In this document: positions 53,944 to 63,973 of the stretch, in pieces
How the letters are laid out: every line of letters begins with the position of its first letter
How positions within the stretch are numbered: position 1 is the stretch's first letter
Origin: Methanobacteriota archaeon
Lineage (GTDB): Archaea > Halobacteriota > Bog-38 > Methanoflorentales > Methanoflorentaceae
Direction: 5' to 3'
Length of the DNA: 64,000 nucleotides
Assembly: GCA_963720465.1 (NCBI GenBank)
Contig: OY970393.1
Coordinates: forward strand, 608,001-672,000
Notes under the pieces: generated by a model
What the model was told of the DNA's origin: nothing
Seen by the model: only the letters and a program-made list of their open reading frames with translations
The model's database searches: none
Translations under genes and position numbers: made by a program

Positions 53944-54402
53944 ATGGTCGAAACTAAAAGCATTTTGATCGTCGACGACGATGAGACAATCCTAACAGTC
54001 CTGAGAGAGATTCTACAGCTAGACGGCTACCTAGTTGAGACAGCTTCTACCGGCAAAGAAGCTATTGAGAGGTCGGATGCTGCCTTTTTCAACTTATGCC
54101 TGCTGGACATCAAGCTACCAGACATGGAGGGCACTGAGCTTATCACTGAACTGCATAAGACCAATCCACAGATGATAAAGATAATCATCACTGGGTTCCC
54201 GAGTTTTGAGAATGCAGTGAAGTCCCTTAATCTCGGAGCGGACGCGTACATTATGAAACCCGTAAATTCCAAGGAATTACTTGAGCTAGTGTCAGAAAAA
54301 ATCAAAGTGCAGCAAGAGGAAAACCAAATGAGCGAGGATAGAGTCTCCGATTGGGTAAAAGATCGAGTTCGCCAGATTGAGCGAGAACAAGATAAAGATT
54401 GA
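53944..54402 (+). CDS. Response regulator receiver protein
   Basis: ILIVDDD, LLDIKLPDMEG, IITG and GADAYIMKP motifs. Confidence 0.92.
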   Translation: MVETKSILIVDDDETILTVLREILQLDGYLVETASTGKEAIERSDAAFFNLCLLDIKLPDMEGTELITELHKTNPQMIKIIITGFPSFENAVKSLNLGADAYIMKPVNSKELLELVSEKIKVQQEENQMSEDRVSDWVKDRVRQIEREQDKD

Positions 54403-54511
54403 GACTTTAAGCTGGAGCCGCTGCTATGTGAGCCCAAACCTTGTAAGCCAGCGCAATAAGTCGCAGCAGACCTGCGCTCCATATCGTCTTTGACTAGAAC
54501 TTTAGCAAGCC

Positions 54512-55243
54512 ATGTCATCCCATCGTGACCGCAAACATGCGGGCACCAAGAAAATCAAAAATCTGTCACCGACTGAAGAAGAGATCGAGCAATTAATCGC
54601 TATACTATCAGAAGTACAGAACCCAAAAACAAGGATGAGAGCGGCGGAAGCACTTGGCAAAATTGGAGAGCCAGCGATTAAGCCTTTGAGCTCAGCGCTA
54701 ACGGAAGAAAGATGGGAAGTACGCAGTAACGCTATTTTGGCACTTGAGAAGATAGGACAGCCCGCAACACACGTATTCCAAGAGGCAATGACCGATCAAG
54801 ATTGGTTTGTACGAGCAACTGCAGTGAAAGCACTCGGCCAAATCAAGGATCCTCGAGCCGTCAAAAGCCTCATAAGTGTTTTGAACGACAAAGACTGGTT
54901 CGTTCGTGAGCGCGCAGCTGAAGCGTTAAGCAAAATCGGAGAGCCCGCGATTGATCCGCTGATCTCAGCTCTGAAGGATCAAAATGGACTTGTTCGTGAG
55001 CGCGCAGCTGAAGCGTTAAGCAAAATCGGAGAGCCCGCGATTGATCCGCTGATCTCAGCTCTGAAGGATCAAAATGGACTTGTTCGTGAGCGCGCAGCTG
55101 AAGTTCTCGGCAAAATAGGTGACGCGACGAGTGTAAAACCCTTGATGGAAGCTTTCCACGACGATGAGCTTTACGTGAGAGCTAAAGCTGTTCTGGCATT
55201 TGAAAGAGTGAGAAGAAGGATCGCCGCAAGAGCTGGGCGCTAG
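54512..55243 (+). CDS. HEAT/PBS-lyase repeat protein
   Basis: Repeated [13 protein letters not shown] units. Confidence 0.88.
   Translation: MSSHRDRKHAGTKKIKNLSPTEEEIEQLIAILSEVQNPKTRMRAAEALGKIGEPAIKPLSSALTEERWEVRSNAILALEKIGQPATHVFQEAMTDQDWFVRATAVKALGQIKDPRAVKSLISVLNDKDWFVRERAAEALSKIGEPAIDPLISALKDQNGLVRERAAEALSKIGEPAIDPLISALKDQNGLVRERAAEVLGKIGDATSVKPLMEAFHDDELYVRAKAVLAFERVRRRIAARAGR
54902..55103 (+). repeat. Exact 90-bp tandem repeat (about 2.2 copies) inside the HEAT gene
   Basis: GTTCGTGAGCGCGCAGCTGAAG starts at 54902, 54992 and 55082. The two full units are identical. Confidence 0.92.
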
Positions 55244-55376
55244 AACCCTCGTAAGCGGTATTACGAGCGTTTCGGGCCTACCCAGATCTTCAAGTTGCAG
55301 AAATAGTTCAGTTCTTCATTGAAATCGTGAGCGCCTTCATGCTATTTCATGCACACGAGACTGCTGGCTCGGTTTA

Positions 55377-55955
55377 TCACCTATGAAAATCAAGGAGCCT
55401 CAAGAAATACTCGTGAAATCTCAAATCATTGCTTAATTCGGGATGAAACGCCAGCGCTAGCTTGTTTCCTTGTTGCGCAGCAACGCCGTAGCTCTCGACA
55501 CGAGCTAACACGTCAGTTGCGTCTCCGACCTGCGTAATCGCAGGAGCTCGAATAAAGATACCATCAAACGGAGAATTGAAAACCGTCACCGTCAGTGGAA
55601 CCTGAAAAGACTCCGCCTGTCTCCCAAACGCGTTTCTTTTGACCTGCATGTCTATAAGCCCCAAACCATCCACATGCTCGTTTTTGTAATTAGACATGAT
55701 GATTAAGCCGGCGCAAGTCCCCATCATTGGGATCCCCCTGTTCCCAAGTATCTCCTTATCAATCCCTTCAAGATGCAATATCCTTGAAATTGTGGTGCTT
55801 TCGCCGCCTGGAATTATTAAACCGTCACAGTCTGGGACTATGCCTTTCCGCTTTATCATCACTATTTTGCAGTCCAAATCCTTCGAGGACTTTTCCAGAG
55901 CCGTTATATGCTCTGAAACAGCACCTTGAATAGCAACTACTCCGATAGTTAACAT
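55377..55955 (-). CDS. pdxT: PLP synthase glutaminase subunit
   Basis: QGAVSEH, PGGESTT, GTCAG, RNAFGRQ and FHPE motifs. Confidence 0.93.
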   Translation of the reverse strand: MLTIGVVAIQGAVSEHITALEKSSKDLDCKIVMIKRKGIVPDCDGLIIPGGESTTISRILHLEGIDKEILGNRGIPMMGTCAGLIIMSNYKNEHVDGLGLIDMQVKRNAFGRQAESFQVPLTVTVFNSPFDGIFIRAPAITQVGDATDVLARVESYGVAAQQGNKLALAFHPELSNDLRFHEYFLRLLDFHR

Positions 55956-56223
55956 CGAACGGTTCCTTCCCGCCGAATCGCATGCGGTGTCAAAAACCCT
56001 CCGCGGCTATTTTGTCCATAGCTAATAATCCGACACACACACGACGAAAAGATCTTTCATAGCAACTGCGCACGTTCGCAAGAAACTCTGTAATGAGGCA
56101 TAGAGCTTATCATATAAAAGAACCGGAGGCCGCGAAACGTTTTGACAATATTATGCATTTGCCAATAAGGCAATCGATGAAATCGATAGTTATTTAGCCC
56201 AAAATGTTTTACGTTTTACAAAA

Positions 56224-57117
56224 ATGGCCAAAGATAAGATATTCAATATTAGAGTCTCAGAAGATGACTATGCCAAGCTTAAACAACTAGGCAGCATTCG
56301 AGCGCGTGAGATTTTGCTCGATGCCGTAATTGATCAACTTTTCGAGCAGGTTCCGAAAAACGAGATGGAAAAACTCATTTATACGTACGATAAGCTGGAT
56401 ATCGATTTGGCCAAGCTTGAACAAAAGGTCCACATCATCGACCAAAAGGCTCTTTCCAAATTGATTGATGATGATTATGCACAAGCTGCACTCAACGATT
56501 TTGAGGGTCTCTTTCAGCGCGTGGATCGATCCATCGCAAATCTCAACAGAGAAAGGTTCGAACTTCTGAAAGTGAGAAGGGCCGGGGCACGCTATGTCTA
56601 CGCCGGCGTCAGGGAGCTCGCGATTAAGCACCGACTGAACGACCTGCTCGACCGCCCAGACTCAGAATTGTACAACGAGTTAGCTTCGAGGCAATTGATC
56701 GATAACAAAGACAAATACAAGAAAAGCATCAGCGAACTTATCAAGAGCATCCAAGATAGAATCAAAGAAGAAGAGCTACTCTTGAACTCGCTTAGAGCGA
56801 TGAGCCCGTACGTCATAATGAAAGAGAACATTCAAAGCCAGGTCGACGCTTTGCAGGAAGAAATGAAAGACGTGCTTTACGTTATTGAACACATAAAAGC
56901 CCTGGAAAAAAGATACGTGTGGAACTTCTTAGAAAGCTTGAAGTATAGCAGTGAGAACGAAAAGTCTTCAGCAGCTAAGCTCTTAGAAAACGAGGACTTT
57001 ATGGGACGTTTCTATGACTCGGATCTCTCCTTATACGAAAAATTCGAAAAGTATCTTGTCTGTTGCGGGGTCGATAAAGCGCGAGCAAAAGCAATAGTAA
57101 AAAAGCACATGATGTGA
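56224..57117 (+). CDS. Hypothetical protein with RHH-like N-terminus and coiled coil
   Basis: 297-aa ORF. KIFNIRVSEDDYAKLK resembles an RHH strand-helix, and the body is heptad-rich. Confidence 0.65.
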   Translation: MAKDKIFNIRVSEDDYAKLKQLGSIRAREILLDAVIDQLFEQVPKNEMEKLIYTYDKLDIDLAKLEQKVHIIDQKALSKLIDDDYAQAALNDFEGLFQRVDRSIANLNRERFELLKVRRAGARYVYAGVRELAIKHRLNDLLDRPDSELYNELASRQLIDNKDKYKKSISELIKSIQDRIKEEELLLNSLRAMSPYVIMKENIQSQVDALQEEMKDVLYVIEHIKALEKRYVWNFLESLKYSSENEKSSAAKLLENEDFMGRFYDSDLSLYEKFEKYLVCCGVDKARAKAIVKKHMM

Positions 57118-57120
57118 ACC

Positions 57121-57147
57121 TTTTGAGCGTCCATCCGGCTCAAAAAA
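57121..57147. terminator. Hairpin TTTTGAGC-N9-GCTCAAAA between a convergent CDS and tRNA
   Basis: 8-bp inverted repeat with T/A tracts. Confidence 0.5.
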
Positions 57148-57176
57148 GGAAGAGAGAGCAAAGCGCTGATTAACTA

Positions 57177-57261
57177 TGGACTCGACGGGAATCGAACCCG
57201 TGGCATCCACGTTTTTCTCCTAAGATGCGAACGTGGCACTCTACCCCTGAGTTACGAGCCC
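57177..57261 (-). tRNA. tRNA-Ala(CGC) with a 13-nt intron at 37/38 (57213-57225)
   Basis: GGGCTCG/CGAGTCC acceptor with G3:U70, CCACG-TT-CGC-A[TCTTAGGAGAAAA]A-CGTGG, GTTCGATTC. TATA-like TTTAAA upstream. Confidence 0.88.
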
Positions 57262-57369
57262 CGAACGCTAAATGTTGCGGGGCTTTAAATAATTTGCCAG
57301 TTCTCAGCAGATGTTTTATATCGAACTCTGCGCTGATGTCAGCAACAAAAATATGGAGAAGGAGCGGGA

Positions 57370-58368
57370 TCAGAATAGGATCTCAATATCCAGCTCCTCT
57401 GCCAGTTCTTTGTATCGATTTCTAATTGTTACTTCGGTTACACCGGCAATGTCAGCTACCTCTCTTTGTGTCCGCCTGTCACCGCAAATAACTGAAGCTA
57501 TGTAGATAGCTGCTGCTGCGACCCCTGTCGGGCCTCTCCCACTCGTTAGTTCTTTTTCCGCTGCTTGTCTCAGTATTTCGACCGCCTTGGATTGAACTTC
57601 ACCCTTGAGTTTTAGGCCGGAACAAAATCTCGGTACGTAGTCTATAGGCGATGTCGGAGTCAGTTTGAGATCAAGTTCCCGTGAGATGAATCTATAAGTT
57701 CTTCCGATCTCTTTTCGACTCACCCGTGAAACCTCTGCAATTTCGTCCAGAGTTCTGGGAACTGAACACTGACGGCACGCAGCGTATAGAGCCGCAGCCG
57801 CAACGCCTTCGATGCTTCTTCCTCGAATAAGATTCTTGTCGACTGCTTTTCGATAGACGACAGCAGCCGTTTCTCTTACATTTCTTGATAACCCAAGCGC
57901 TGACGCCATTCTGTCAAGCTCAGACAAGGCAAACGCTAAGTTTCTTTCGGTAGCATTTGACACGCGAATTCGTCGCTGCCATTTGCGTAATCGATAGAGC
58001 TGTGCCCTGTTCTTGGAAGAGATAGACCGACCATACGAATCCCTGTTTCGCCAGTCGATCATCGTGGACAATCCCTTGTCATGAATGGTATACGTCATAG
58101 GAGCGCCAACACGGCTTCTCTTCATTCGTTGATCGTGATCAAATGCCCGCCATTCAGGACCCATGTCCATGAAATCTTCATCAATAACTAAACCGCATTT
58201 GTCGCAAACAAGTTCCGCTCTTTCATAGTCTTGGACTAGCTGTCGCGAACCGCATTCAGGGCAAACAGCTTTCGATTCCTCGTACTCTCCAAGCTCTTTC
58301 TGGCGCTCTTTAGTAACTTCTCGCGCTTTTGCGCGCTCTATTATCCTTTCTCTTTCTACTTCAACCAT
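57370..58368 (-). CDS. tfb: Transcription initiation factor B
   Basis: CPECGS...CDKCG, GPEWRAF, LIRGRS and [11 protein letters not shown] motifs. Confidence 0.96.
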   Translation of the reverse strand: MVEVERERIIERAKAREVTKERQKELGEYEESKAVCPECGSRQLVQDYERAELVCDKCGLVIDEDFMDMGPEWRAFDHDQRMKRSRVGAPMTYTIHDKGLSTMIDWRNRDSYGRSISSKNRAQLYRLRKWQRRIRVSNATERNLAFALSELDRMASALGLSRNVRETAAVVYRKAVDKNLIRGRSIEGVAAAALYAACRQCSVPRTLDEIAEVSRVSRKEIGRTYRFISRELDLKLTPTSPIDYVPRFCSGLKLKGEVQSKAVEILRQAAEKELTSGRGPTGVAAAAIYIASVICGDRRTQREVADIAGVTEVTIRNRYKELAEELDIEILF

Positions 58369-58384
58369 ATATCCACCTTTGAGC

Positions 58385-58615
58385 TCAGATGTAGACCTTC
58401 TCACCACGGAGTTCTCGCAAGTTAGCGAGGGTAAGGTTCTTAAACGGCTTCACAGAAATATACGGCGACGTTATTGGACCAAAAACGTCGTGTACCGTGC
58501 CAATTCTTTTCATTCGCTTCGTTAATACCGCAGAATCAATCGTTGGGAAGAATTCAGCTTTAAGAATAATATAGCCGTGATTTGATACGTGAAGTACGGT
58601 ACCTACCCTTCTCAC
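58385..58615 (-). CDS. gar1: H/ACA RNP protein Gar1
   Basis: [20 protein letters not shown], in the usual gar1-tfb order. Confidence 0.85.
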   Translation of the reverse strand: MRRVGTVLHVSNHGYIILKAEFFPTIDSAVLTKRMKRIGTVHDVFGPITSPYISVKPFKNLTLANLRELRGEKVYI

Positions 58616-58677
58616 ACCTGACCTCAAACGTTACGTATATATATTATATGTCAAACTATTTAAAGTTTTAGGAAAAC

Positions 58678-59316
58678 TTATAAAATTTCATTGAGGAGCG
58701 ACGTAGCGTTTCGACGAATTAAGCGCAGCGCTTGGTCTTCGTTCAAACCAGCCCCGCGTGCGATCTGCTCAGCCTCGACATTTGTAATCAGCTCAGTCCC
58801 GTGGCAGTCTGTGTTTACGAGGATATTCGGAGCAATTTTAGCCACGTGGCCGTTAGTGACGTTGTGACCGCATCGGGCTGTAAGCTCCAGATAAATCCCA
58901 TTCTGATTCGCAAGCTCTACATCTTCCTGGCTCACAAGACCTGGGTGCGCAATGATGTTGACATCGCTAATAGCTGCAGCCGCCTTGTTTGTTCCTGGCG
59001 CCACCGGCTCAGCAATGGTCTCACCATGTACTATTACTATTTGAGCGCCTAACGCTTTCGCTTTCCCAACGAGCTTTGGAATTTTTTCTGGCACGACGTG
59101 AGTAATCTCCGCTCCAACGAGAACTTCGATCCCACTGGACCCCTCAGCCGCTCGCTTTGTCGCGCGAATCACTGAATCGACATTAGAGAAGTCTACGTGA
59201 TCTGTTATTGCAATAGCCTCATGATCTGCAACATACGCTCGTCTTATGAGCTCACTCGGCAAAAGCGCGCCGTCGCTAAGAATAGTGTGCGTGTGAAATT
59301 CTATTCGCTTGTTCAT
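58678..59316 (-). CDS. PHP-domain phosphoesterase (histidinol phosphatase-like)
   Basis: HTHT..SDG, ITDH, HGET, AHPG and NTDCH motifs. Confidence 0.87.
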   Translation of the reverse strand: MNKRIEFHTHTILSDGALLPSELIRRAYVADHEAIAITDHVDFSNVDSVIRATKRAAEGSSGIEVLVGAEITHVVPEKIPKLVGKAKALGAQIVIVHGETIAEPVAPGTNKAAAAISDVNIIAHPGLVSQEDVELANQNGIYLELTARCGHNVTNGHVAKIAPNILVNTDCHGTELITNVEAEQIARGAGLNEDQALRLIRRNATSLLNEIL

Positions 59317-59322
59317 GTATCT

Positions 59323-59619
59323 TCAAGAATCGTGCGAAGCTCGCGATGCTTTTATCGCGCGCGCAATTTGCCGTATCGCCTCTCGCTTTGCGCCATTGAA
59401 GTCTATAAGCAACCGCCCTTTGTGTTCCCACCAAAGTCGTGGATACGCTTTCTCATCTTCATAGGTGGGATTCAATCCTAGTTCCTGCGCTGCGCGGACG
59501 ATTTCCTTGATATCTGGCGCTCCTACCGAATCTCCCTTGGCTATGATTCGGCCTTCTTTTCGCGTTTTATGCGCGTCTATGTAGACAGGCCAAACAACGT
59601 TTTTTGTGGTCTTCGCCAT
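59323..59619 (-). CDS. srp19: Signal recognition particle protein SRP19
   Basis: VWPVYID...RKEGR and KAYPRLWWE.GR motifs. Confidence 0.9.
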   Translation of the reverse strand: MAKTTKNVVWPVYIDAHKTRKEGRIIAKGDSVGAPDIKEIVRAAQELGLNPTYEDEKAYPRLWWEHKGRLLIDFNGAKREAIRQIARAIKASRASHDS

Positions 59620-59679
59620 TGTTGCATAGCATCCCGTGTCACAGATATGTTAATATTGTCAAAACAGGCATTAAAGACT

Positions 59680-60330
59680 ATGCACAAACAGGAGATCGAG
59701 GTTGGCAGAGATGTTCTGAAAAAGAACAAGGAGGAGGCAGATCAGAACTTAACGGTGCTCAAACGATATGACATCCGGGCGTTCGACATACTCGGGTCAA
59801 TCGGTTCAGGAAAGACGTCAATTATCGAGAAGGTTGTGCCGATCTTGCAGCGTCAAGGATTACAGATCGGAGCGATTGCAGGCGACGTTGTTGGCGAGGA
59901 TGATTTTGTCCGAATGAAGGCGCTAGATATCCCAGTTGTTAACCTGAACACCGGAACAGAATGTCACCTCGATGCACATCTTGTTGGCCACGCCATTGAG
60001 AGGCTACCTCTCAAGGAGTTAGACATTCTGTTTATCGAAAACGTCGGAAACATGGTGTGTCCAACGGACTTTGAACTTGGGACTGATGCGAGAATTGTAG
60101 TAGTAAGTGTCACCGAGGGGGACGACGTCGTAAACAAACACCCCATGATCTTCAGGGTCAGCGATATTGGGATTATCAACAAAATCGACTTAGCGGAGGC
60201 CGTGGGGGCGAGCGTAGCGCGAATGAAAAATGATATGGAGCGAATTGCTCCACAGGTCAAACAAATCTTAATGAGCGTAAGAACAGGAGAAGGGATAAGT
60301 CAGCTTGTCGACCGACTTCTAAACTACTAG
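59680..60330 (+). CDS. hypB: Hydrogenase nickel-insertion GTPase
   Basis: GSIGSGKT, ECHLDA, ENVGNMVCP, SVTEGDD and NKID motifs. Confidence 0.92.
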   Translation: MHKQEIEVGRDVLKKNKEEADQNLTVLKRYDIRAFDILGSIGSGKTSIIEKVVPILQRQGLQIGAIAGDVVGEDDFVRMKALDIPVVNLNTGTECHLDAHLVGHAIERLPLKELDILFIENVGNMVCPTDFELGTDARIVVVSVTEGDDVVNKHPMIFRVSDIGIINKIDLAEAVGASVARMKNDMERIAPQVKQILMSVRTGEGISQLVDRLLNY

Positions 60331-60353
60331 CTTTTTTTGTTTCGGACGAGCAG

Positions 60354-60737
60354 CTATTGTTCCGCAAGGAGAATCGCGTTGATTGATCCGTCCTGGCCAG
60401 GTCGGTTGGTGACTTTCGCTTTGCCTAAGGTCGTTTGAACAACTGCACCTTTCGTGATTATGTTACGCCTTACGTAGTTCCTGTTTGCAGCGTTGAGTTC
60501 GACCGTCTCAAGATCCGCTTTGCTCGTGTTGCCCGTTGAAGCATCAGTCACATTCACATGAGCGCCTTTGAGAAGCCGTGTCTTTGAGTTGCCACCGAAT
60601 CCCGAAACTTGCTTCTTTCTGGTCTCTCCCAGCTGTGTAAGCGCCGACTCTCTGCCCATCTGATGTTTCCTCTTGCCGGCAGAATGCTTGATTCTTCCTC
60701 CTGTGCTGCGACGTACAGATTTTCCTTGCCACTTCAT
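60354..60737 (-). CDS. rps8e: 30S ribosomal protein S8e
   Basis: QGKS.R.STGG, RRNIITKGA and RPGQDG motifs. Confidence 0.94.
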   Translation of the reverse strand: MKWQGKSVRRSTGGRIKHSAGKRKHQMGRESALTQLGETRKKQVSGFGGNSKTRLLKGAHVNVTDASTGNTSKADLETVELNAANRNYVRRNIITKGAVVQTTLGKAKVTNRPGQDGSINAILLAEQ

Positions 60738-61042
60738 GAGTTACCTGTTGCCTGATGTTTGATAGGGGTTTTTATAGAGGATTCCTTATTTCAAGCTTTC
60801 GTATGGCTGATTTCCCTCACAGCTTCTGACTGTTTTGCTTAGCGACGCTAGCATCACGTCGATCTAGGTCGCGCTAATCACATTAATCGCGTTCAAAACG
60901 TCGAACATTCGAGCGTCGAAACTAACCCAGAACTCGAATTAAATGTCGCTGGCGCGGAGATCCCGTGAGAATCGAATCGTTCTCCATATTCCACAAAAAC
61001 CGACTTGCGGCTTGTCGGAGCGGCAGTTGACAAGCACTTCGT

Positions 61043-62011
61043 CTATGCAGAGGTAGGCTGATTTTTCTGATTCAGCAACACGAATTCTGCTATCAGGGCT
61101 TCTAGTTGTATCCTTTCGTCTGCCCCTTCGCTGAGTCGAAAATCAATCTCCCCAACGCTGTTAATGAGCTGCACTTTTGACTGGTCAGAGATATCGAGGC
61201 CTAAGAGCGCTTTGTTGATTTGTACTACAATTTCGCTTCCAGAGAAACCTTGTTCCAGAAGAAGAGCGTCTAGCAATGACAGCGCAAGTTTAAGCTTGCC
61301 CCCAATGGAAGCATATAGGAGATCCTTAATTGCTTGCGGATCGGGGGTCGCTGTAATTTGATAGATTGTTTCCTGATCGATCGCTGTTTGTATCGAAGCT
61401 GCTGACTGCAATGTGTTAATGGCTCGACGCAGATCTCCCGCGGCCACATAACTAATTGCGTCCAAAGCTTCGTCGCTTATTTCTAACTGCTCTTTCTTGG
61501 CGATGTGTCTCATCTGTGCTGTTAGCTCCGTTTTCCCAAGTGGTTTAAAACGATATACAGCGCATCTGGATTGTATTGGTTCAATTATCTTGCTCGAATA
61601 GTTGCACGACAAAATGAATCGACAGGACATGCTGAAGCTCTCCATAGTCCTCCGCAACGCCGATTGCGCGTCAGGTGTCAGCGAATCAGCCTCATCCAAA
61701 AAAATAATCTTGAAAGGCGCGCTGACGGGTGCGGTTCTGGCAAAGTTCTTAATTTTGTTGCGAACAACTTCAATGCCACGTTCATCGGAAGCATTGAGCT
61801 CGGTGAAGTTGCTCCTCCAATCATCTCCGTAGAGTTCGTGTGCCAACGCGATTGCCGCACTGGTTTTTCCCGTGCCGGCTGCTCCTGCAAACATCAAATG
61901 CGGCATGTTTTCTAATTTGACGTAAGATTGAAGTCTCTTAACGACTTGATCTTGTCCAACAACTTGGCTTAGCTTGCGCGGACGGTATTTCTCAATCCAT
62001 ATTTCTTCGAT
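61043..62011 (-). CDS. rfcS: Replication factor C small subunit, apparent ATC start
   Basis: Frame extends upstream of the called ORF: IEEIWIEKYRPRKLSQVVGQ...MPHLMFAG..GTGKT, ELNASDERG, DEAD, SRC. Confidence 0.92.
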   Translation of the reverse strand: MEEIWIEKYRPRKLSQVVGQDQVVKRLQSYVKLENMPHLMFAGAAGTGKTSAAIALAHELYGDDWRSNFTELNASDERGIEVVRNKIKNFARTAPVSAPFKIIFLDEADSLTPDAQSALRRTMESFSMSCRFILSCNYSSKIIEPIQSRCAVYRFKPLGKTELTAQMRHIAKKEQLEISDEALDAISYVAAGDLRRAINTLQSAASIQTAIDQETIYQITATPDPQAIKDLLYASIGGKLKLALSLLDALLLEQGFSGSEIVVQINKALLGLDISDQSKVQLINSVGEIDFRLSEGADERIQLEALIAEFVLLNQKNQPTSA

Positions 62012-62032
62012 AACGATCGCCTCCGGGTCTCC

Positions 62033-62421
62033 TTACTTACTCGCAGGCACTGCGCAATCGTGCACTTAGCTGATAATTTGCGATTATTGGCTCATAAGAT
62101 CGGCAAAAGGTAGGCCGGTCATATCTACAACGCCTTTGGCAGCTATCACCTAGAGTTTAATGTCCGGCGTATAACGATAACCGGTACATCCGTGAACTTT
62201 CGCGCTTGCGGCCGTGTCCTTATGTTTTTCTCGGCAAGCACTCTTTCAAGTATCGGCCCCGTATAGTTCCAGCTTTTTACTTCGCCATCTTCAATTTGAA
62301 CGCCGCGGTGATTTTGGCTTCGTATTGTGACGGGCAGGCCGTTCAACATGGCGTGAACTGTCAAAGCAAACGGAATTAAGTCGCTGCTCGTAAAGTCCGA
62401 TGAAAGCCTAAATTGTTCCAT
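62033..62421 (-). pseudogene. DUF2111-family gene, disrupted
   Basis: LPVTIRS...YTGPILERVL...VPVIV, then frameshift to VIAAKGVVDMTG, with in-frame TAA at about 62084 and 62066. Confidence 0.7.
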
Positions 62422-62857
62422 TATGTCCTTCTCCCTTTCCCGCAGCAAGGACAGCAGACGAAAACCCCGATCCAAGATTGTAACCGATCGGTTAAACGGC
62501 GTGCCAAAACGCGCAGACGCTGATAAGGCTCTCCCGATTGTCAAAGCACTGCAGACAACGTAGCTGCTACTAATTCGGGTATAAAGATTTAAGGCTTTAG
62601 TCGCAGTTTGCCAGCCGCGTGCCAAAGTTGAGAGGCGACAACGCTACGCGCTTTGTTCTTCTGCCACTAAGCTATGCGACACACTTGCGACTTCCGTGCT
62701 CTAAGCGAGCGACGCGAAGCTTATCAAACGCCTGCAGAAGACGGCTGTGCTCGCGAGCCGACCTTTCAGGCACGCACATCTACCTCGGGCGTGATCGTAT
62801 CTGATGTTCGTTAAACTACGTTCGCTATGGTCGTCTTGCGATGTTCGCGTCTTCACC

Positions 62858-63973
62858 TTATTCCACGGTCTCAAACCTGCCCTCAAGCTTTCTAAGCACT
62901 TTGGGGAGAGTTGTGTACTCCATATCCTGAAGTGGCAGTCTATGGGGCTCAAATGGTCCATGTCGCCTCATATAATTCGCAATCAAATTCGCTTCGTCGC
63001 GCGCTGCATCGTACGCAGGATCGTTGAATAGATCAACAGGCCCGATAAACTTCCCGTTAGCTATTTGAAATCCCGCTGCGACGGCACGCGGAGGGCCATC
63101 AAAGCGAGTGCACTTTGCGTTTTCAAAAGCGACCGGCATGACAGGGCCATTATGACTGCCTCGCATCCAGCCACTGACGAGATGAGGGAACGTCCAGGGT
63201 TCCAGCACTTCGCCGAGGGCTGGCAATCCAGACTGAGACCGCACAAGCGCCACTGGATCGTCTTTACCCACATATTCGCCCGCGATTTCAAACAGCTTTT
63301 CGGTGCTCACTGCTGCGGCCGGTTCGTCAGATGGCAATTTTCCCCCTTCTTTTGGATAGACCCGCTTTATAACGTAGCGGCTTTTTGCGCCGATTAGTGC
63401 GAGCATATCATACATCTCAGCCGGACAATCCATGAAAACGCGCGTGTGATCTTTAATATCCCATATCTCGAATCTGAAGCCCGTATGCATAGTAGGATCG
63501 ATCACAAGTCCTGCAGTGTTGAACGGATCGGCAAACATCCTAAAAACCGGAAGGTTGAAAGCGCCAGGCTCGGTTTTGTCCATCATGAAGGCGATGAGAG
63601 GCTCGCCCGTTCGTTCTGTGAACTCGATTTCAGTAGCACCTGGGCCCATCCCGCGTATGTTCCCTGCAAAAGAGTCTTTCAACATGTCTTGGCCGGCTCC
63701 ATACAGCTTCAGGACTTTTGCGACGTCTGTGCACGCGGTAAAAATTTTCCAGGCAAGTCCGTGCACTTCTGCATCATTTTCGCCTTTAGAGTGTCCCATA
63801 AGAAGCTCAAGATCATCGCCCACACCCATAACCCTGAAATCAAAAATCGTGCCTGTTTTCACAGCTTCTCCAAGAATCTCTTCTGCCTTTTCGCAGAGGT
63901 GCGGGTGAACGGTCGCGTGCCCTGGAAACCCTCCAACGTCCGCTTTTATCAAGCTTATTGTTACCTTAGCCAT
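62858..63973 (-). CDS. fbp: Bifunctional fructose-1,6-bisphosphate aldolase/phosphatase (class V)
   Basis: IKADVGG.PGH, GDD, LYGAGQD, DKTEPGAFN, YVGKDDP and GWMRGSH motifs. Confidence 0.95.
   Translation of the reverse strand: MAKVTISLIKADVGGFPGHATVHPHLCEKAEEILGEAVKTGTIFDFRVMGVGDDLELLMGHSKGENDAEVHGLAWKIFTACTDVAKVLKLYGAGQDMLKDSFAGNIRGMGPGATEIEFTERTGEPLIAFMMDKTEPGAFNLPVFRMFADPFNTAGLVIDPTMHTGFRFEIWDIKDHTRVFMDCPAEMYDMLALIGAKSRYVIKRVYPKEGGKLPSDEPAAAVSTEKLFEIAGEYVGKDDPVALVRSQSGLPALGEVLEPWTFPHLVSGWMRGSHNGPVMPVAFENAKCTRFDGPPRAVAAGFQIANGKFIGPVDLFNDPAYDAARDEANLIANYMRRHGPFEPHRLPLQDMEYTTLPKVLRKLEGRFETVE

Noticed and set aside
54902-55103. Repeat considered as a CRISPR array
   Set aside because: Units are fully identical with no unique spacers, are in-frame coding, and no cas genes are nearby.
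55959-55983. Loose resemblance to the tRNA-Ala 3' end (possible att site)
   Set aside because: Inverted rather than direct, gapped, and overlaps the pdxT ribosome-binding region.
62422-62857. Spacer ORFs and the upstream extension of the DUF2111 ORF
   Set aside because: No protein-like motifs. A purine-rich SD-like tract precedes ATG 62421.
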